Below the pieces are notes generated by a model, which did not search any database, was not told the DNA's origin, and saw only the letters and a list, made by a program, of their open reading frames with translations. Position numbers and translations under genes: made by a program. 64,000 bases of DNA. Source: Acidimicrobiales bacterium. Lineage in GTDB: Bacteria; Actinomycetota; Acidimicrobiia; Acidimicrobiales; SZUA-35. Of the stretch, positions 43,955 to 53,233 are shown piece after piece; position 1 is the first letter of the stretch; each line of letters starts with the position of its first letter. Where the stretch lies: the NCBI GenBank assembly GCA_050633745.1, contig JBOEHD010000040.1:1435-65434 (forward strand), given 5' to 3'.

Positions 43955-44398
43955 ATGGCCGAGGAGAATCTAGTCCATTGCATCTACACCAGTTCGCTGA
44001 CCGCAGGGTACGACAGCAGCGAGCTCGACCTCATCTTGAAGAAGGCTAGGCACAACAACGAAGCGCTCGACGTCAGCGGCATGCTGCTGTTCGATGAGGG
44101 CTCCTTTTTTCAGATCCTCGAGGGCGAAGAGCCGAACGTCATGACTCTTTTCGAGAAGATCTCGCTCGACGAACGCCACGAACATATGGTGAAGATCATC
44201 TTCGAGCCGATCGAGGAACGCTCCTTCTACAACTGGAGTATGGGCGTCGCTCATATGACCCGACAGGAGCTGGCAGCGGTTCCCGGACTCAACGACTTCT
44301 TCGCAGACGGCAACAGCCTGGCCCAGCTTGACGCGGGCAGGGCCAAGAGCCTCTTGGCGGCCTTTCGCGATGGGCGCTACCGCTCCGCCATCAACTAA
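43955..44398 (+). CDS. Stand-alone BLUF domain blue-light photoreceptor
   Basis: In LVHCIYTSS...VSGMLLFDEGSFFQILEGEE...DERHEHMVKII...FYNWSMG, the conserved Tyr, Gln and Trp/Met positions of BLUF are all present. Confidence 0.85.
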   Translation: MAEENLVHCIYTSSLTAGYDSSELDLILKKARHNNEALDVSGMLLFDEGSFFQILEGEEPNVMTLFEKISLDERHEHMVKIIFEPIEERSFYNWSMGVAHMTRQELAAVPGLNDFFADGNSLAQLDAGRAKSLLAAFRDGRYRSAIN

Positions 44399-44415
44399 AA
44401 CGGATAGCTGTTGAG

Positions 44416-44434
44416 CCCGCCACGCCGTGGCGGG
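44416..44434 (+). terminator. Stem-loop 17 nt after the BLUF stop codon
   Basis: CCCGCCAC-GCC-GTGGCGGG forms an 8-bp GC-rich stem. No U-tract follows. Confidence 0.4.
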
Positions 44435-44723
44435 TGCAGCGTCCCATGGGCTACTGTCGATCTTTGACGCCCATGAGGATCCGGGAATGACGAACCCCTC
44501 GAACGACAACGCTGCCAGCGGCGGAGCCGCCGATTCCAGTGATGTGGAGTGCACCGCGATCGTCATCGCTGGGGACCCTCGGCCAAACGTTCTTTTTACC
44601 CCTCCATGCACCTGCAGTAACTGCGCACCGGATCGCTCCTACGACCACACGGCCGGCCGCAGGGACGACCGCTGGTTACGAATGAGTGGGAGCCGTCAAC
44701 GGCTCCGAGTGCAGAACGTGGAG

Positions 44724-45830
44724 CTAGGAGCTGCTGGCGCTGAGATGCTGGGATAGCGCCGGAGCGACCTCTTTGGCCAGCTTGGTCATCGAGTTGAGCC
44801 AACGGGTCCCGTCGTCCTCCCAGTCGTGACCAACCGAAACCAGAGTGCCGAACGGGCCGATGTTGTCTGCCATGTCGATCAGGCGATCCCTCACGGTGTC
44901 GACCGACCCGGCAATCACACACTTGTCGATCGCCTTTGGCACGCTCAGCTGATCGTTGATCTCCTCCAGTGACAGGCTCGACTCTTCGGTCTGAAGGCGG
45001 ACCATGTCCCGTACGCCCGCCAGGTAACGGAAATAGAAGGCGAAGGTGCCGTCGGGATCGGCCAGCAGCTCGTCGGATTCGGCATCGCTGTCGGTGATCA
45101 GGATGTTCCGACAGACCCGCCAAATCTTCGGATCGATCTCTAGCCCCAATTCTTCTCTGGTTGAGCAGTAGGTCTGCCACTGACCTGCCACCGCCGACTG
45201 AGGTACAAAGTTGGCGGAGATCGGAATGAACCCACGGGCCGCCACGGTTCGAACCGAATCACCGGCGGGCGAGGCCAGAGCCATGGCCAACGGCGGGTGG
45301 GGCTGCTGCAACGGCTTGGCCATCTGCCCAACGCCATGGGAAGTCCAGATCTGTTCCTCGAGCGTGGCGTTCCAGTATTCGCCCTTGAGGTCGAACGGAG
45401 CATCGTCGTTCCACAGCGCCAGGATCATGTCGATCGACTCGGTCGCCACTTTGACCCGTTCGGCCATGTCGGGCCTGCCGAACAGCTCGCCGTCGCTCAT
45501 CAATCCGCCCGGACCGACGCCGAGCATCAGCCTGCCACCGCTCAGTTGATCGAACAGCGCGGCCTCAGCAGCAACTACAACGGGGTGACGGTGGCCAAGA
45601 TTTACGACCCCGGTACCGAACCGCATACGTTCGGTCTGATGGATCAGGGTGGCCAGGAACAGCAACGGTGACGGAACCTGTTCCGCCTTGGTTGTGAAGT
45701 GTTCACCGACCCAGGTTTCGGCAAAGCCGAGACTCTCGGCGTGGAGAATCATCCGCCGGTCTTCTTCTAGAGCTTGGCCCCACGGCTTCTCCGGTCGGTG
45801 TAGGGGCATAAAGAAAAGGCCAAGATCCAT
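44724..45830 (-). CDS. LLM class flavin-dependent oxidoreductase
   Basis: The sequence MDLGLFFMPLHRPEKPW...SLGFAETWVGEHFT...GRLMLGVGPGG is a luciferase-like TIM-barrel pattern. Confidence 0.85.
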   Translation of the reverse strand: MDLGLFFMPLHRPEKPWGQALEEDRRMILHAESLGFAETWVGEHFTTKAEQVPSPLLFLATLIHQTERMRFGTGVVNLGHRHPVVVAAEAALFDQLSGGRLMLGVGPGGLMSDGELFGRPDMAERVKVATESIDMILALWNDDAPFDLKGEYWNATLEEQIWTSHGVGQMAKPLQQPHPPLAMALASPAGDSVRTVAARGFIPISANFVPQSAVAGQWQTYCSTREELGLEIDPKIWRVCRNILITDSDAESDELLADPDGTFAFYFRYLAGVRDMVRLQTEESSLSLEEINDQLSVPKAIDKCVIAGSVDTVRDRLIDMADNIGPFGTLVSVGHDWEDDGTRWLNSMTKLAKEVAPALSQHLSASSS

Positions 45831-45941
45831 CGGGACATTCTTGCGGTGGGCGTCGATTGAAGCGAATCGAATCGGACTAGCCCGAATCGACCGGGTCGAG
45901 CGACGCCCACCGGCGGTTTGTAGTGCTCAGGCGGCGCCTGG

Positions 45942-46133
45942 TTAGATCCCCGAGGGGGCGGTCCTAACCATGTTCAGGGCCACACGTGCCAAGTGATAGA
46001 GAATCACCAGCATCAGAGCGAAGCTGATGAGGCCACCGATGAGTGGGATTCCGCCGAGTAGGAATCGGGCGAATAGAGCGATGCCCACCACGGTCAGGTG
46101 GGCGCCGTTTGGGGGTGCGAACAAGCGGTTCAT
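45942..46133 (-). CDS. Small membrane protein (two TM helices), hypothetical
   Basis: MNRLFAPPNGAHLTVVGIALFARFLLGGIPLIGGLISFALMLVILYHLARVAL. The start could be at 46178 instead. No family was recognised. Confidence 0.4.
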   Translation of the reverse strand: MNRLFAPPNGAHLTVVGIALFARFLLGGIPLIGGLISFALMLVILYHLARVALNMVRTAPSGI

Positions 46134-46210
46134 GGTTCCATTGTCCGCCCACGGCGGGCTTCCCACAATCGGGGACAACCCTGATCGAACCCTGACAACC
46201 CCCGGCGCGG

Positions 46211-47368
46211 TTAGATACGCCCGGCGGCGATCTCAGCCCCCTGGGCCAGTGATGCCAGTTTGGCCCAGGCCACATCGGGGTCAATCCCCGACAAACCGAC
46301 ATGCACACTGAATCCGCAATCGACCCCGGCCATGATCCGATCTCTGCCGACGATCCGGCCGTAACGTTCGATTCGTTGAGCTACCAGTTCAGGATGTTCG
46401 ATGTAGTTCGACTGCGGCTCAATGACACCGGGACACAGCACCTTGTCGTCTGGAATATCGATCTCCTCGAAGACCTTCCATTCGTGAGCGTGGCGGGGAT
46501 TTGCCGCTTCGAACAGCACGGTCTGAGGCTTTGCGGCCCACACAAGGTCGATCAGGTCAGCGATATCGACATCGTGATGATGGGGGCCCGGATAGTTGCC
46601 CCAGCAAAGATGCATGCGTAACTGTTCGGCGGGGATGTTTCGAACTCCATAGTTCAGCGCCTCGATGTTCAGCGCAGCCCGCTTGCGGTAGGTCTCCCGA
46701 TCAAGGTCGGCGTACACGGTGTGGCGCCCCATACCGAGGTCGGGGCAGTCGAGTTGCACAGTGGCCCCGGTCGCGGCGATCGCCTCGTACTCGTGGCGCA
46801 TCGCTTCGGCGATGGCGAACAGGTATTCCTCATCGCTGGCGTAGTAGTCGTTGCCGAAGAAGAGCGAGACGACTCCGGGCGAAGCGGCACTGGAAAACGT
46901 CCCATCCACCTCGGCCACCGCGGCGGCATTGCTCAGGTTCACCATGTCGGTGGCCGCGGCAGTCTCGTCTTTGACCGAGATCGGACCGGTACAGGCCGGC
47001 GCCGAACGTTTTCTACGACCGGGATTGTCGGCCACCATCTCAGCGCTGCGGGGAAAGTCGACTAGGTCTTGGAAGAAGTAATTCTGGATCGACTCGCCCG
47101 CGAAGCCATCGAGGCGATCTTTCACATAGGTCGCGTAGCTTGGCTTGGACATCTCACCATCATTGACGATCGACAGGCCAGCCTCGCTCTGCCGACGCAC
47201 ACACTCGGTGACCGCCTCAGCAACTCGTTCAGCTATCGCTGCATCGTCGACCGGAATGCCATCTTCTCGAGCCCAGATCATCTGGATCAGATCATCGGGC
47301 CGAGGCAGGCTGCCGGTGTGGGTCGTGAGGATGCTGTTGCGGCCGTTCTCATTCGTAGCGCTTGCCAT
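46211..47368 (-). CDS. Cobalamin-independent methionine synthase (MetE C-terminal domain)-like methyltransferase
   Basis: The N-terminus ILTTHTGSLPRPDDL, the UROD/MetE-like barrel and the C-terminal GVDCGF Zn-ligand context are present. Confidence 0.8.
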   Translation of the reverse strand: MASATNENGRNSILTTHTGSLPRPDDLIQMIWAREDGIPVDDAAIAERVAEAVTECVRRQSEAGLSIVNDGEMSKPSYATYVKDRLDGFAGESIQNYFFQDLVDFPRSAEMVADNPGRRKRSAPACTGPISVKDETAAATDMVNLSNAAAVAEVDGTFSSAASPGVVSLFFGNDYYASDEEYLFAIAEAMRHEYEAIAATGATVQLDCPDLGMGRHTVYADLDRETYRKRAALNIEALNYGVRNIPAEQLRMHLCWGNYPGPHHHDVDIADLIDLVWAAKPQTVLFEAANPRHAHEWKVFEEIDIPDDKVLCPGVIEPQSNYIEHPELVAQRIERYGRIVGRDRIMAGVDCGFSVHVGLSGIDPDVAWAKLASLAQGAEIAAGRI

Positions 47369-47379
47369 GAGGTCTTAGA

Positions 47380-48420
47380 GTGACACAGATGCAGACACAA
47401 ATCACCACAACGGTCATGGGCAGCTACCCGCAGCCGGGTTGGCTTGTCGACCGAGATCACCTGATTGGCAAGGGTGTTCCTCGGGTCAGGGCCAACGATC
47501 TCTGGAAGGTCGCCGAGCAAGACCTAAGCGAAGCGGTCGAGGCCGCGACGCTTGTAGCGATCGCCGACCAGGAAGCGGCGGGAGTCGACATCATCACCGA
47601 TGGCGAGATCGGTCGGGAGTCGTACTTCAACCACTTCGCCAATTCGCTTGGCGGCGTCGACCAAGATCAGATTGGCACCGGCATCAATCGGGTCGGCACC
47701 AAAAGCAAAGTGCCGTTGGTCAACGGGCCGATCGAGCGGCAGGCCCCGATCGAACTCGAATCTGCTCGTTTTCTCCGCGCTCACACCACCCACAGAACGA
47801 AGGTCACGGTCCCCGGGCCGTTCACCCTTAGCCAACTGGCCCAGAACGACTACTACCCGGACCAGCGCTCGCTGGCCATGGCCTATGCTGCGGCGGTCCG
47901 GGCAGAACTACTCGATCTCCAGGCTGCGGGCATCGACATGTTGCAGATCGACGAGCCCTATATGCAAGCCAACGCCGACGCCGCCAGGGAGTTCGCGGTG
48001 GAAGCGATTGCGATGGCGCTCGAAGGTGTCGAGGCGCCAACAACGGTTCACACCTGCTACGGCTACGCCCAGTACGTCAAAGACAAATCCATCGGCTACC
48101 CGTTCTTCACCGAACTGGCGCAGATCCCAGCCGACTTTATTGCCATCGAAACCGCCCAGCCCGATCTAGCTCCGTCGGTGGTCGCCGAGCTAGCACCACG
48201 GGGTGTGGTGATGGGCGTACTAGATCTCAGCACAAACGAGATCGAGCAGCCCGAGCAGATCGCGTCCAGGATCCGGTCTGCGATCGAATACATCGCCCCC
48301 GAATCGCTGTCGGTGTCGCCGGACTGCGGGCTCAAGTTCCTCCCCCGCCCAATCGCTCAAAGGAAGATGGCGGCCATGGTCGAGGGAGCATCCATCGTCA
48401 GAGCGGAGCTCGGCGGCTGA
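47380..48420 (+). CDS. Cobalamin-independent methionine synthase (MetE C-terminal domain)-like methyltransferase
   Basis: TTTVMGSYPQPGWL, DIITDGEIGRESY, a HTCYG segment and SPDCGLKF (Zn-binding His/Cys contexts) are present. An alternative ATG lies at 47389. Confidence 0.8.
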   Translation: MTQMQTQITTTVMGSYPQPGWLVDRDHLIGKGVPRVRANDLWKVAEQDLSEAVEAATLVAIADQEAAGVDIITDGEIGRESYFNHFANSLGGVDQDQIGTGINRVGTKSKVPLVNGPIERQAPIELESARFLRAHTTHRTKVTVPGPFTLSQLAQNDYYPDQRSLAMAYAAAVRAELLDLQAAGIDMLQIDEPYMQANADAAREFAVEAIAMALEGVEAPTTVHTCYGYAQYVKDKSIGYPFFTELAQIPADFIAIETAQPDLAPSVVAELAPRGVVMGVLDLSTNEIEQPEQIASRIRSAIEYIAPESLSVSPDCGLKFLPRPIAQRKMAAMVEGASIVRAELGG

Positions 48421-48513
48421 AAATCGGGGCTGCTGACTGTTGAGTGTCTGCAGCAGGTGACCTAGCCTCGTGGTACCAAACTGGATCGACAAGACTCGCT
48501 TTAGGGGAATCCG

Positions 48514-49044
48514 ATGACCACAGAACTTCCTGCCCGGCTGCACCACAACGCCTACGTCACAAAGGACCAGGAGGCCACGAGGCACTTCTACGAAGACCTC
48601 ATCGGGCTGCCGCTGATCGCAACGTGGTCGGAAACCGATGAGCTCTTCGGGGCCGAGCGGGTCTACTGCCACACCTTCTTCGGTCTTGGCGACGGAAGCG
48701 CCCTGGCATTCTTCCAGTTCGCCAACCAGGAGGACGCTGACCTTTTTGATCCCGACCTCGTTCCTTCGCCGTTCCGCCATATAGCGCTGAAGGTGTCGGC
48801 CGAGCTTCAAGACGCCATCGCCAAACGGCTAGCCGATGCCGGATGGAACCCGGAGGGCACGTTTGTGTTGGAGCACGGCTATTGCCGCAGCCTCTACGCC
48901 GAAGATCCCAATGGTCTGCTTGTGGAGTTCACCGTCGATGCTCCGGAGATGGACGCCATCGCCGCTGAACGGCTGCCGCAAGCGCATGCTGAACTCAAGA
49001 AGTGGCTCGCAGGCGACCACACCTCGAACAACACCTACCGCTAG
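48514..49044 (+). CDS. VOC (glyoxalase/bleomycin resistance/dioxygenase) family protein
   Basis: LHHNAYVTKDQEATRHFYEDLIGLPL and FRHIALKV are VOC beta-alpha-beta-beta-beta module signatures. Confidence 0.8.
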   Translation: MTTELPARLHHNAYVTKDQEATRHFYEDLIGLPLIATWSETDELFGAERVYCHTFFGLGDGSALAFFQFANQEDADLFDPDLVPSPFRHIALKVSAELQDAIAKRLADAGWNPEGTFVLEHGYCRSLYAEDPNGLLVEFTVDAPEMDAIAAERLPQAHAELKKWLAGDHTSNNTYR

Positions 49045-49583
49045 GACGCCACCAACTGAGCGTCGATCGTTACCTCAATGTTGTCTGAAAGCATGAAGCC
49101 ACCGGCGGCTAGCGGCACGTTGAACTCGATGCCGTATGCGGTCTTGTCGATCGTGCCGGACGCTGAGAACCCAGCTCGGCTCGACCCGTCCATCGGGAAG
49201 ACCTCGGTGCCGGAGAAGGTGACCGACAGGGTCTCGGGTTTGGTCTGACCGTTGATAGTCATATCGCCCGTTACCTGGTACGAGCCGTCACCCGTTTCGC
49301 TGATCGACGTCGATTGAAAGGCCATGGTCGGCTGGGTTTCAACGTTAAACACATCGGTACTGCGAAGATGGCCATCGCGATCGCTGTTACCGGTGTCGAC
49401 CGATGCCATGGCGATTTCGGTTGTAAGTGACGACGAAGCGAGGTCGGCGCCTACCGCCAGCTTGGCGCTGCCGGCAGTAAAACGGCCTCGAACCGTCGTG
49501 ATACCCAGGTGTGCGACTGCAAAGCCGATGGTGGAGTGAGCCATATCCAAAGTCCACTCACCCTGCTGTACCGGTAGTGCCAT
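49041..49583 (-). CDS. YceI family (polyisoprenoid-binding-like) protein
   Basis: The sequence WTLDMAHSTIGFAVAHLGITTVRGRF...SVDTGNSDRDGHLRS is typical of YceI. Confidence 0.85.
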   Translation of the reverse strand: MALPVQQGEWTLDMAHSTIGFAVAHLGITTVRGRFTAGSAKLAVGADLASSSLTTEIAMASVDTGNSDRDGHLRSTDVFNVETQPTMAFQSTSISETGDGSYQVTGDMTINGQTKPETLSVTFSGTEVFPMDGSSRAGFSASGTIDKTAYGIEFNVPLAAGGFMLSDNIEVTIDAQLVAS

Positions 49584-49730
49584 GGTCTAAGTCCCTTCGT
49601 AGTACTCGCGAGCTGCTGCATCGCGGCACGAGCTATCCGCTGCGATGGCCATACTGACCCAGATTGCAGACGCTGTCTACAGCTGCGCAGTTACTACAGA
49701 TTCGGGCCCTAAGGTCCGATATATGGCGGT

Positions 49731-51488
49731 GTGAACCTACGCGTTGTACCGATCGGACTGCGGCTGGTGATGGCCGTGTCGGTGCCGGTCGTAGCGCTTC
49801 TGATCGCCATCGGGTTCCAGGTCAACGCTCGCTCGGTGACCGCCCGTGAGGCCACAGACGAGCTGACTCGCATCGAGACCCTCGAGACCCTGGCGACGCT
49901 GCAGACAGCCAGCGTGCTGCCCGACCTAGGCGTCCTGCGACAGGAGATGAGCGCCGAAGGCAACGGTTCGTTCTTAATCGAGATGGTCGTGAGCGGCTAC
50001 GGGGAAATGCTAGGCGGCGCCTACCTCGGCGCCGACGATGCCCGGGCCGAAATGAGCGTCGCCGCCAGCGGCAACATCACCGCCGAGGCCGAACAGGTCT
50101 TCGATCGTCAACGAGAGACGTCGGAAGCCCTGCTGGAGACCTTCGTTGGTGGGCAACCCCTTACCGATGAGCTGATCGCCGACGCTGAGCTGGCCCGTAT
50201 GGAAGCCGACCTGGCGTTCGCCGAACTGGCCGTCGGATCGGCGTCCGATGCATGGATCACCTACATCGGGGCGATCGATGCCGGCCGTTCCACCGCTGTC
50301 GAATACGCCTACGTGATGTCGAGCCTGATCGGACTCGGAGCTATCGACGAAGCACGCCTCGCCGAGCTGGGCGGGATCCGATCCAACGCCACCCAACGAG
50401 TGATCATGGGCCTCCAGCCAGACCTGCAGATCCAGGTGCAAAATGTGCTGACGTCGGACTCGATGGACGTGTGGGACGCTGCCGTTGCAGCCGCGCGAGA
50501 GATCGTGGCAGGCAGAGCTGAACCGTGGCAGATCAACGACGTGGCCACACTCACCGGCGACGCTTTCCAGCTACAACTGCAAATCGACACGATTACCGCT
50601 GAAGCGGTCGACCGGGTACGAAGCGAGCTTGTCACGGTCGAGACCGACGCCAAGAGCGAGCGGACCCGTCTTCTGCTGCTAGCAGCTGCGCTGCTTGCCA
50701 TCACCGCCGGGCTGACCGTCTGGATTCTGCAGTCGGTGATGTCGCCGCTGCGGCGTCTGACCAAGCGAGCCGCTGAGCTTGCCGACGGGGAAATCGACGG
50801 CCCCCGGGTCGACCATGGACGCCACGATGCCCTCGCGGAGTTAGGCGAAACCATCGAAGACGTCGCCGAAGGGCTCCGACACCTCGGGCAGCAATTCGAA
50901 GCGATGGCCGAAGGAAACCTCGATGACGTCAGCCTGGAATCGGCGGGCCCCGGTTTCGTTGGCGAATTTGTACAGGACTGGGTGCAAGAGGTCCGCCAAG
51001 CCAGCGACGCCCTAACCGCCGAGGCACTTCACGATGAACTAACCGGCTTGTTGAATCGCCGTGGTCTTATGAGGCACCTCGGACGGATGGCCGGGGGGCC
51101 AGAGGTCGCTGTTGTCTATGTCGATCTCGACAAGTTCAAGGCGGTCAACGACCAGCACGGCCACCATGCGGGCGACGCGGTACTCAAGGTGATCGGCCAG
51201 CGACTGCTGGGCTTTGTCCGAACAGAAGACCCGGTCTGTCGTCTCGGTGGCGATGAGTTCGTGCTCTTGGTTTCGGGCGTCGACCGACAAGATATGCCAA
51301 TCTTTATCAGCAGAATCGAACTGGGACTGTCGGAACCAATCTCCTTTGAAGGCACGCGTCACAGCGTTGGGTGCTCGGTCGGCGTCGGCTGGCTTGGCCC
51401 CGGCGACCTTCTCGAACCGATTCTGGAAGAGGCCGATCGAGCCATGCTCGAGGTCAAGTCGCGACGCGGCGAGTCAATCCCCCGCTAG
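49731..51488 (+). CDS. Membrane sensor diguanylate cyclase (periplasmic-type sensor region, HAMP, GGDEF)
   Basis: Two TM segments flank a roughly 280-aa extracytoplasmic region. A HAMP-like linker follows (MSPLRRLTKRAAELADGEI). The GGDEF domain carries HDELTGLLNRRG and RLGGDEFVLL. Confidence 0.9.
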   Translation: MNLRVVPIGLRLVMAVSVPVVALLIAIGFQVNARSVTAREATDELTRIETLETLATLQTASVLPDLGVLRQEMSAEGNGSFLIEMVVSGYGEMLGGAYLGADDARAEMSVAASGNITAEAEQVFDRQRETSEALLETFVGGQPLTDELIADAELARMEADLAFAELAVGSASDAWITYIGAIDAGRSTAVEYAYVMSSLIGLGAIDEARLAELGGIRSNATQRVIMGLQPDLQIQVQNVLTSDSMDVWDAAVAAAREIVAGRAEPWQINDVATLTGDAFQLQLQIDTITAEAVDRVRSELVTVETDAKSERTRLLLLAAALLAITAGLTVWILQSVMSPLRRLTKRAAELADGEIDGPRVDHGRHDALAELGETIEDVAEGLRHLGQQFEAMAEGNLDDVSLESAGPGFVGEFVQDWVQEVRQASDALTAEALHDELTGLLNRRGLMRHLGRMAGGPEVAVVYVDLDKFKAVNDQHGHHAGDAVLKVIGQRLLGFVRTEDPVCRLGGDEFVLLVSGVDRQDMPIFISRIELGLSEPISFEGTRHSVGCSVGVGWLGPGDLLEPILEEADRAMLEVKSRRGESIPR

Positions 51489-51579
51489 CCGTACGACCTA
51501 GCTCCTCGCTCCGCTGGCGGTCTGTGGAGCGGAAGACCGAGCTTGTGCACGCCGAGACCCGGTCTGTAAGAATCTGGCT

Positions 51580-52650
51580 ATGACCACATCTCCGATCCTT
51601 CCAGGCAAACTCGGCAATCCTGACATGCTGATCAAGACCGATCCGCGTGCCGATCCACGGATGGTGGCGGCGATGGCCCCGCTTGGCCTAGATGGCGCAC
51701 CGGAACCTGCTCCGGTCGATATCAACTCGACGAGCGAGGCGCTGCTTGAGTACGCCATGTTGGCCGAAGAAGGCTTCGCCGCGCTGGGAGGTGTTCTAAG
51801 TTCGCAGTCGCCACCAATCACCAACGTTGAACGACGCACCGAGACCATCAAGGGTGTGGATGGCAACGACATAAGCCTCTACGTTCACACCCCGACCGAC
51901 GTCGACGGCCAGGTGCCAGCCATCGTGCATACTCATGGTGGCGGCATGGCGATTCTCGAAGCGTCCAATGCGGGCTACATCCGCTGGCGTGATGAGCTGG
52001 CATCGACTGGCATGGTGGTGATCGGCGTAGAGTTTCGCAACGCCGCAGGCAAGATGGGTCCCCACCCCTTCCCGGCCGGTCTGAACGACTGCTACAGCGG
52101 TCTGATGTGGGCCAACGAGAACCGTGAAGCACTGGGGATCTCCAAGATCGTGATCTCCGGCGAGTCCGGTGGCGGCAACCTTTCTCTGGCCACGACGCTC
52201 AAGGCCAAGCACGAAGGCACGCTCGATGCCATCGATGGCGTCTACGCCCAGTGCCCATACATCTCGGGGGTCTACGCCGAGAAAGATCCAGCCCTCCCAT
52301 CGCTCTACGAAAACGATGACTACTTCTTGAACTGCTCGATGATGGGTTCGATGGTTCGCATGTACAGCCCTGACGGCGCCGATGACACCAACCCGATGGC
52401 CTGGCCCTATCACGCCGCGGTTGAAGACCTTCAGGGTCTGCCACCGACCGTCATCTCGGTCAACCAGCTGGATCCACTGCGGGACGAAGGCCTGGCCTAC
52501 TTCCAGAAGCTTCTGGCCGCCGGGGTCTCAGCGTCGAGCAGGACGGTGAACGGCACCTGCCACGCAGGCGACTGCCTGTTCCGCGACGCCATGCCCGAGG
52601 TCTACCTCGGCACCGTTCGCGACATCAACAGTTTCGCCAACAGCCTGTAG
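51580..52650 (+). CDS. Alpha/beta hydrolase, hormone-sensitive-lipase-type esterase
   Basis: The HTHGGGMA (HGGG oxyanion motif), GESGGGNL (GxSxG), DPLRDEG (Asp) and a C-terminal His context are present. Confidence 0.85.
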   Translation: MTTSPILPGKLGNPDMLIKTDPRADPRMVAAMAPLGLDGAPEPAPVDINSTSEALLEYAMLAEEGFAALGGVLSSQSPPITNVERRTETIKGVDGNDISLYVHTPTDVDGQVPAIVHTHGGGMAILEASNAGYIRWRDELASTGMVVIGVEFRNAAGKMGPHPFPAGLNDCYSGLMWANENREALGISKIVISGESGGGNLSLATTLKAKHEGTLDAIDGVYAQCPYISGVYAEKDPALPSLYENDDYFLNCSMMGSMVRMYSPDGADDTNPMAWPYHAAVEDLQGLPPTVISVNQLDPLRDEGLAYFQKLLAAGVSASSRTVNGTCHAGDCLFRDAMPEVYLGTVRDINSFANSL

Positions 52651-52673
52651 AAGCCACATAGGCTGGTCGGGCT

Positions 52674-53135
52674 ATGAAGAATCTGCCGTACGACCATCGA
52701 CAATCGACAACCAACCTCGTTTTGGCAGTGATGGCCATCACCTCTGTGGTGGCCATCCTGGCAGCTTTGGGAGACGGGCTTGAGTCTGCGGCCGGCATCA
52801 TCGTCTTCGGTGCCATGATGACCGCTGTCGTCTTCGTCTTTTCTGAGCTACGGACCACGGTCGATGAGAGCAACATCATCGCCACCTTCCGGCTCGGTTG
52901 GCCAAAACGTACGGTGCCCATCAGCGCTCTGAGTTCATCCCAAACCGTACGCAACAAGTGGTGGTACGGCTTCGGCGTCCGGCTCATCCCCGACGGCTGG
53001 ATGTACAACATTTGGGGCCTCGACGCAGTAGAGATCCGCTACGACCGCGGCGAGCGTCACGAGACGTTTCGCATCGGGACCAACGACCCCGAAGGCCTCG
53101 CCGCAGCCATCGCTGCAGCCCGCCAAGAGTTCTAA
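52674..53135 (+). CDS. Hypothetical membrane protein (two TM helices plus small soluble domain)
   Basis: VLAVMAITSVVAILAAL and IIVFGAMMTAVVFVFS are followed by a roughly 90-aa region rich in W, Y and G. No family was recognised. Confidence 0.55.
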   Translation: MKNLPYDHRQSTTNLVLAVMAITSVVAILAALGDGLESAAGIIVFGAMMTAVVFVFSELRTTVDESNIIATFRLGWPKRTVPISALSSSQTVRNKWWYGFGVRLIPDGWMYNIWGLDAVEIRYDRGERHETFRIGTNDPEGLAAAIAAARQEF

Positions 53136-53146
53136 AACGTGTGAAA

Positions 53147-53172
53147 GGGCCGCCCGAATATTCGGGCGGCCC
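53147..53172. terminator. Perfect 26-nt palindrome between convergent genes (likely bidirectional terminator)
   Basis: GGGCCGCCCGAATATTCGGGCGGCCC has GC-rich arms and sits 12 nt after the stop at 53135. The upstream A-run provides a U-tract for the opposite strand. Confidence 0.6.
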
Positions 53173-53233
53173 TCTCATCTCCACTAACTCTCGCTATTGG
53201 CTATCACCAATCGTTCTCGTTGCGAGGCGGTCG

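Noticed and set aside
44487-44756. Small Cys-containing ORF (MTNPSNDNAASGGAADSSDVECTAIVIAGDPRPNVLFTPPCTCSNCAPDRS...), considered as a possible RiPP-like precursor next to an LLM gene
   Set aside because: It has no SD and no adjacent maturation enzymes. It runs 33 nt into the convergent LLM gene, and its tail is Arg-rich, like non-coding GC-rich sequence. Without homologues this is too speculative.
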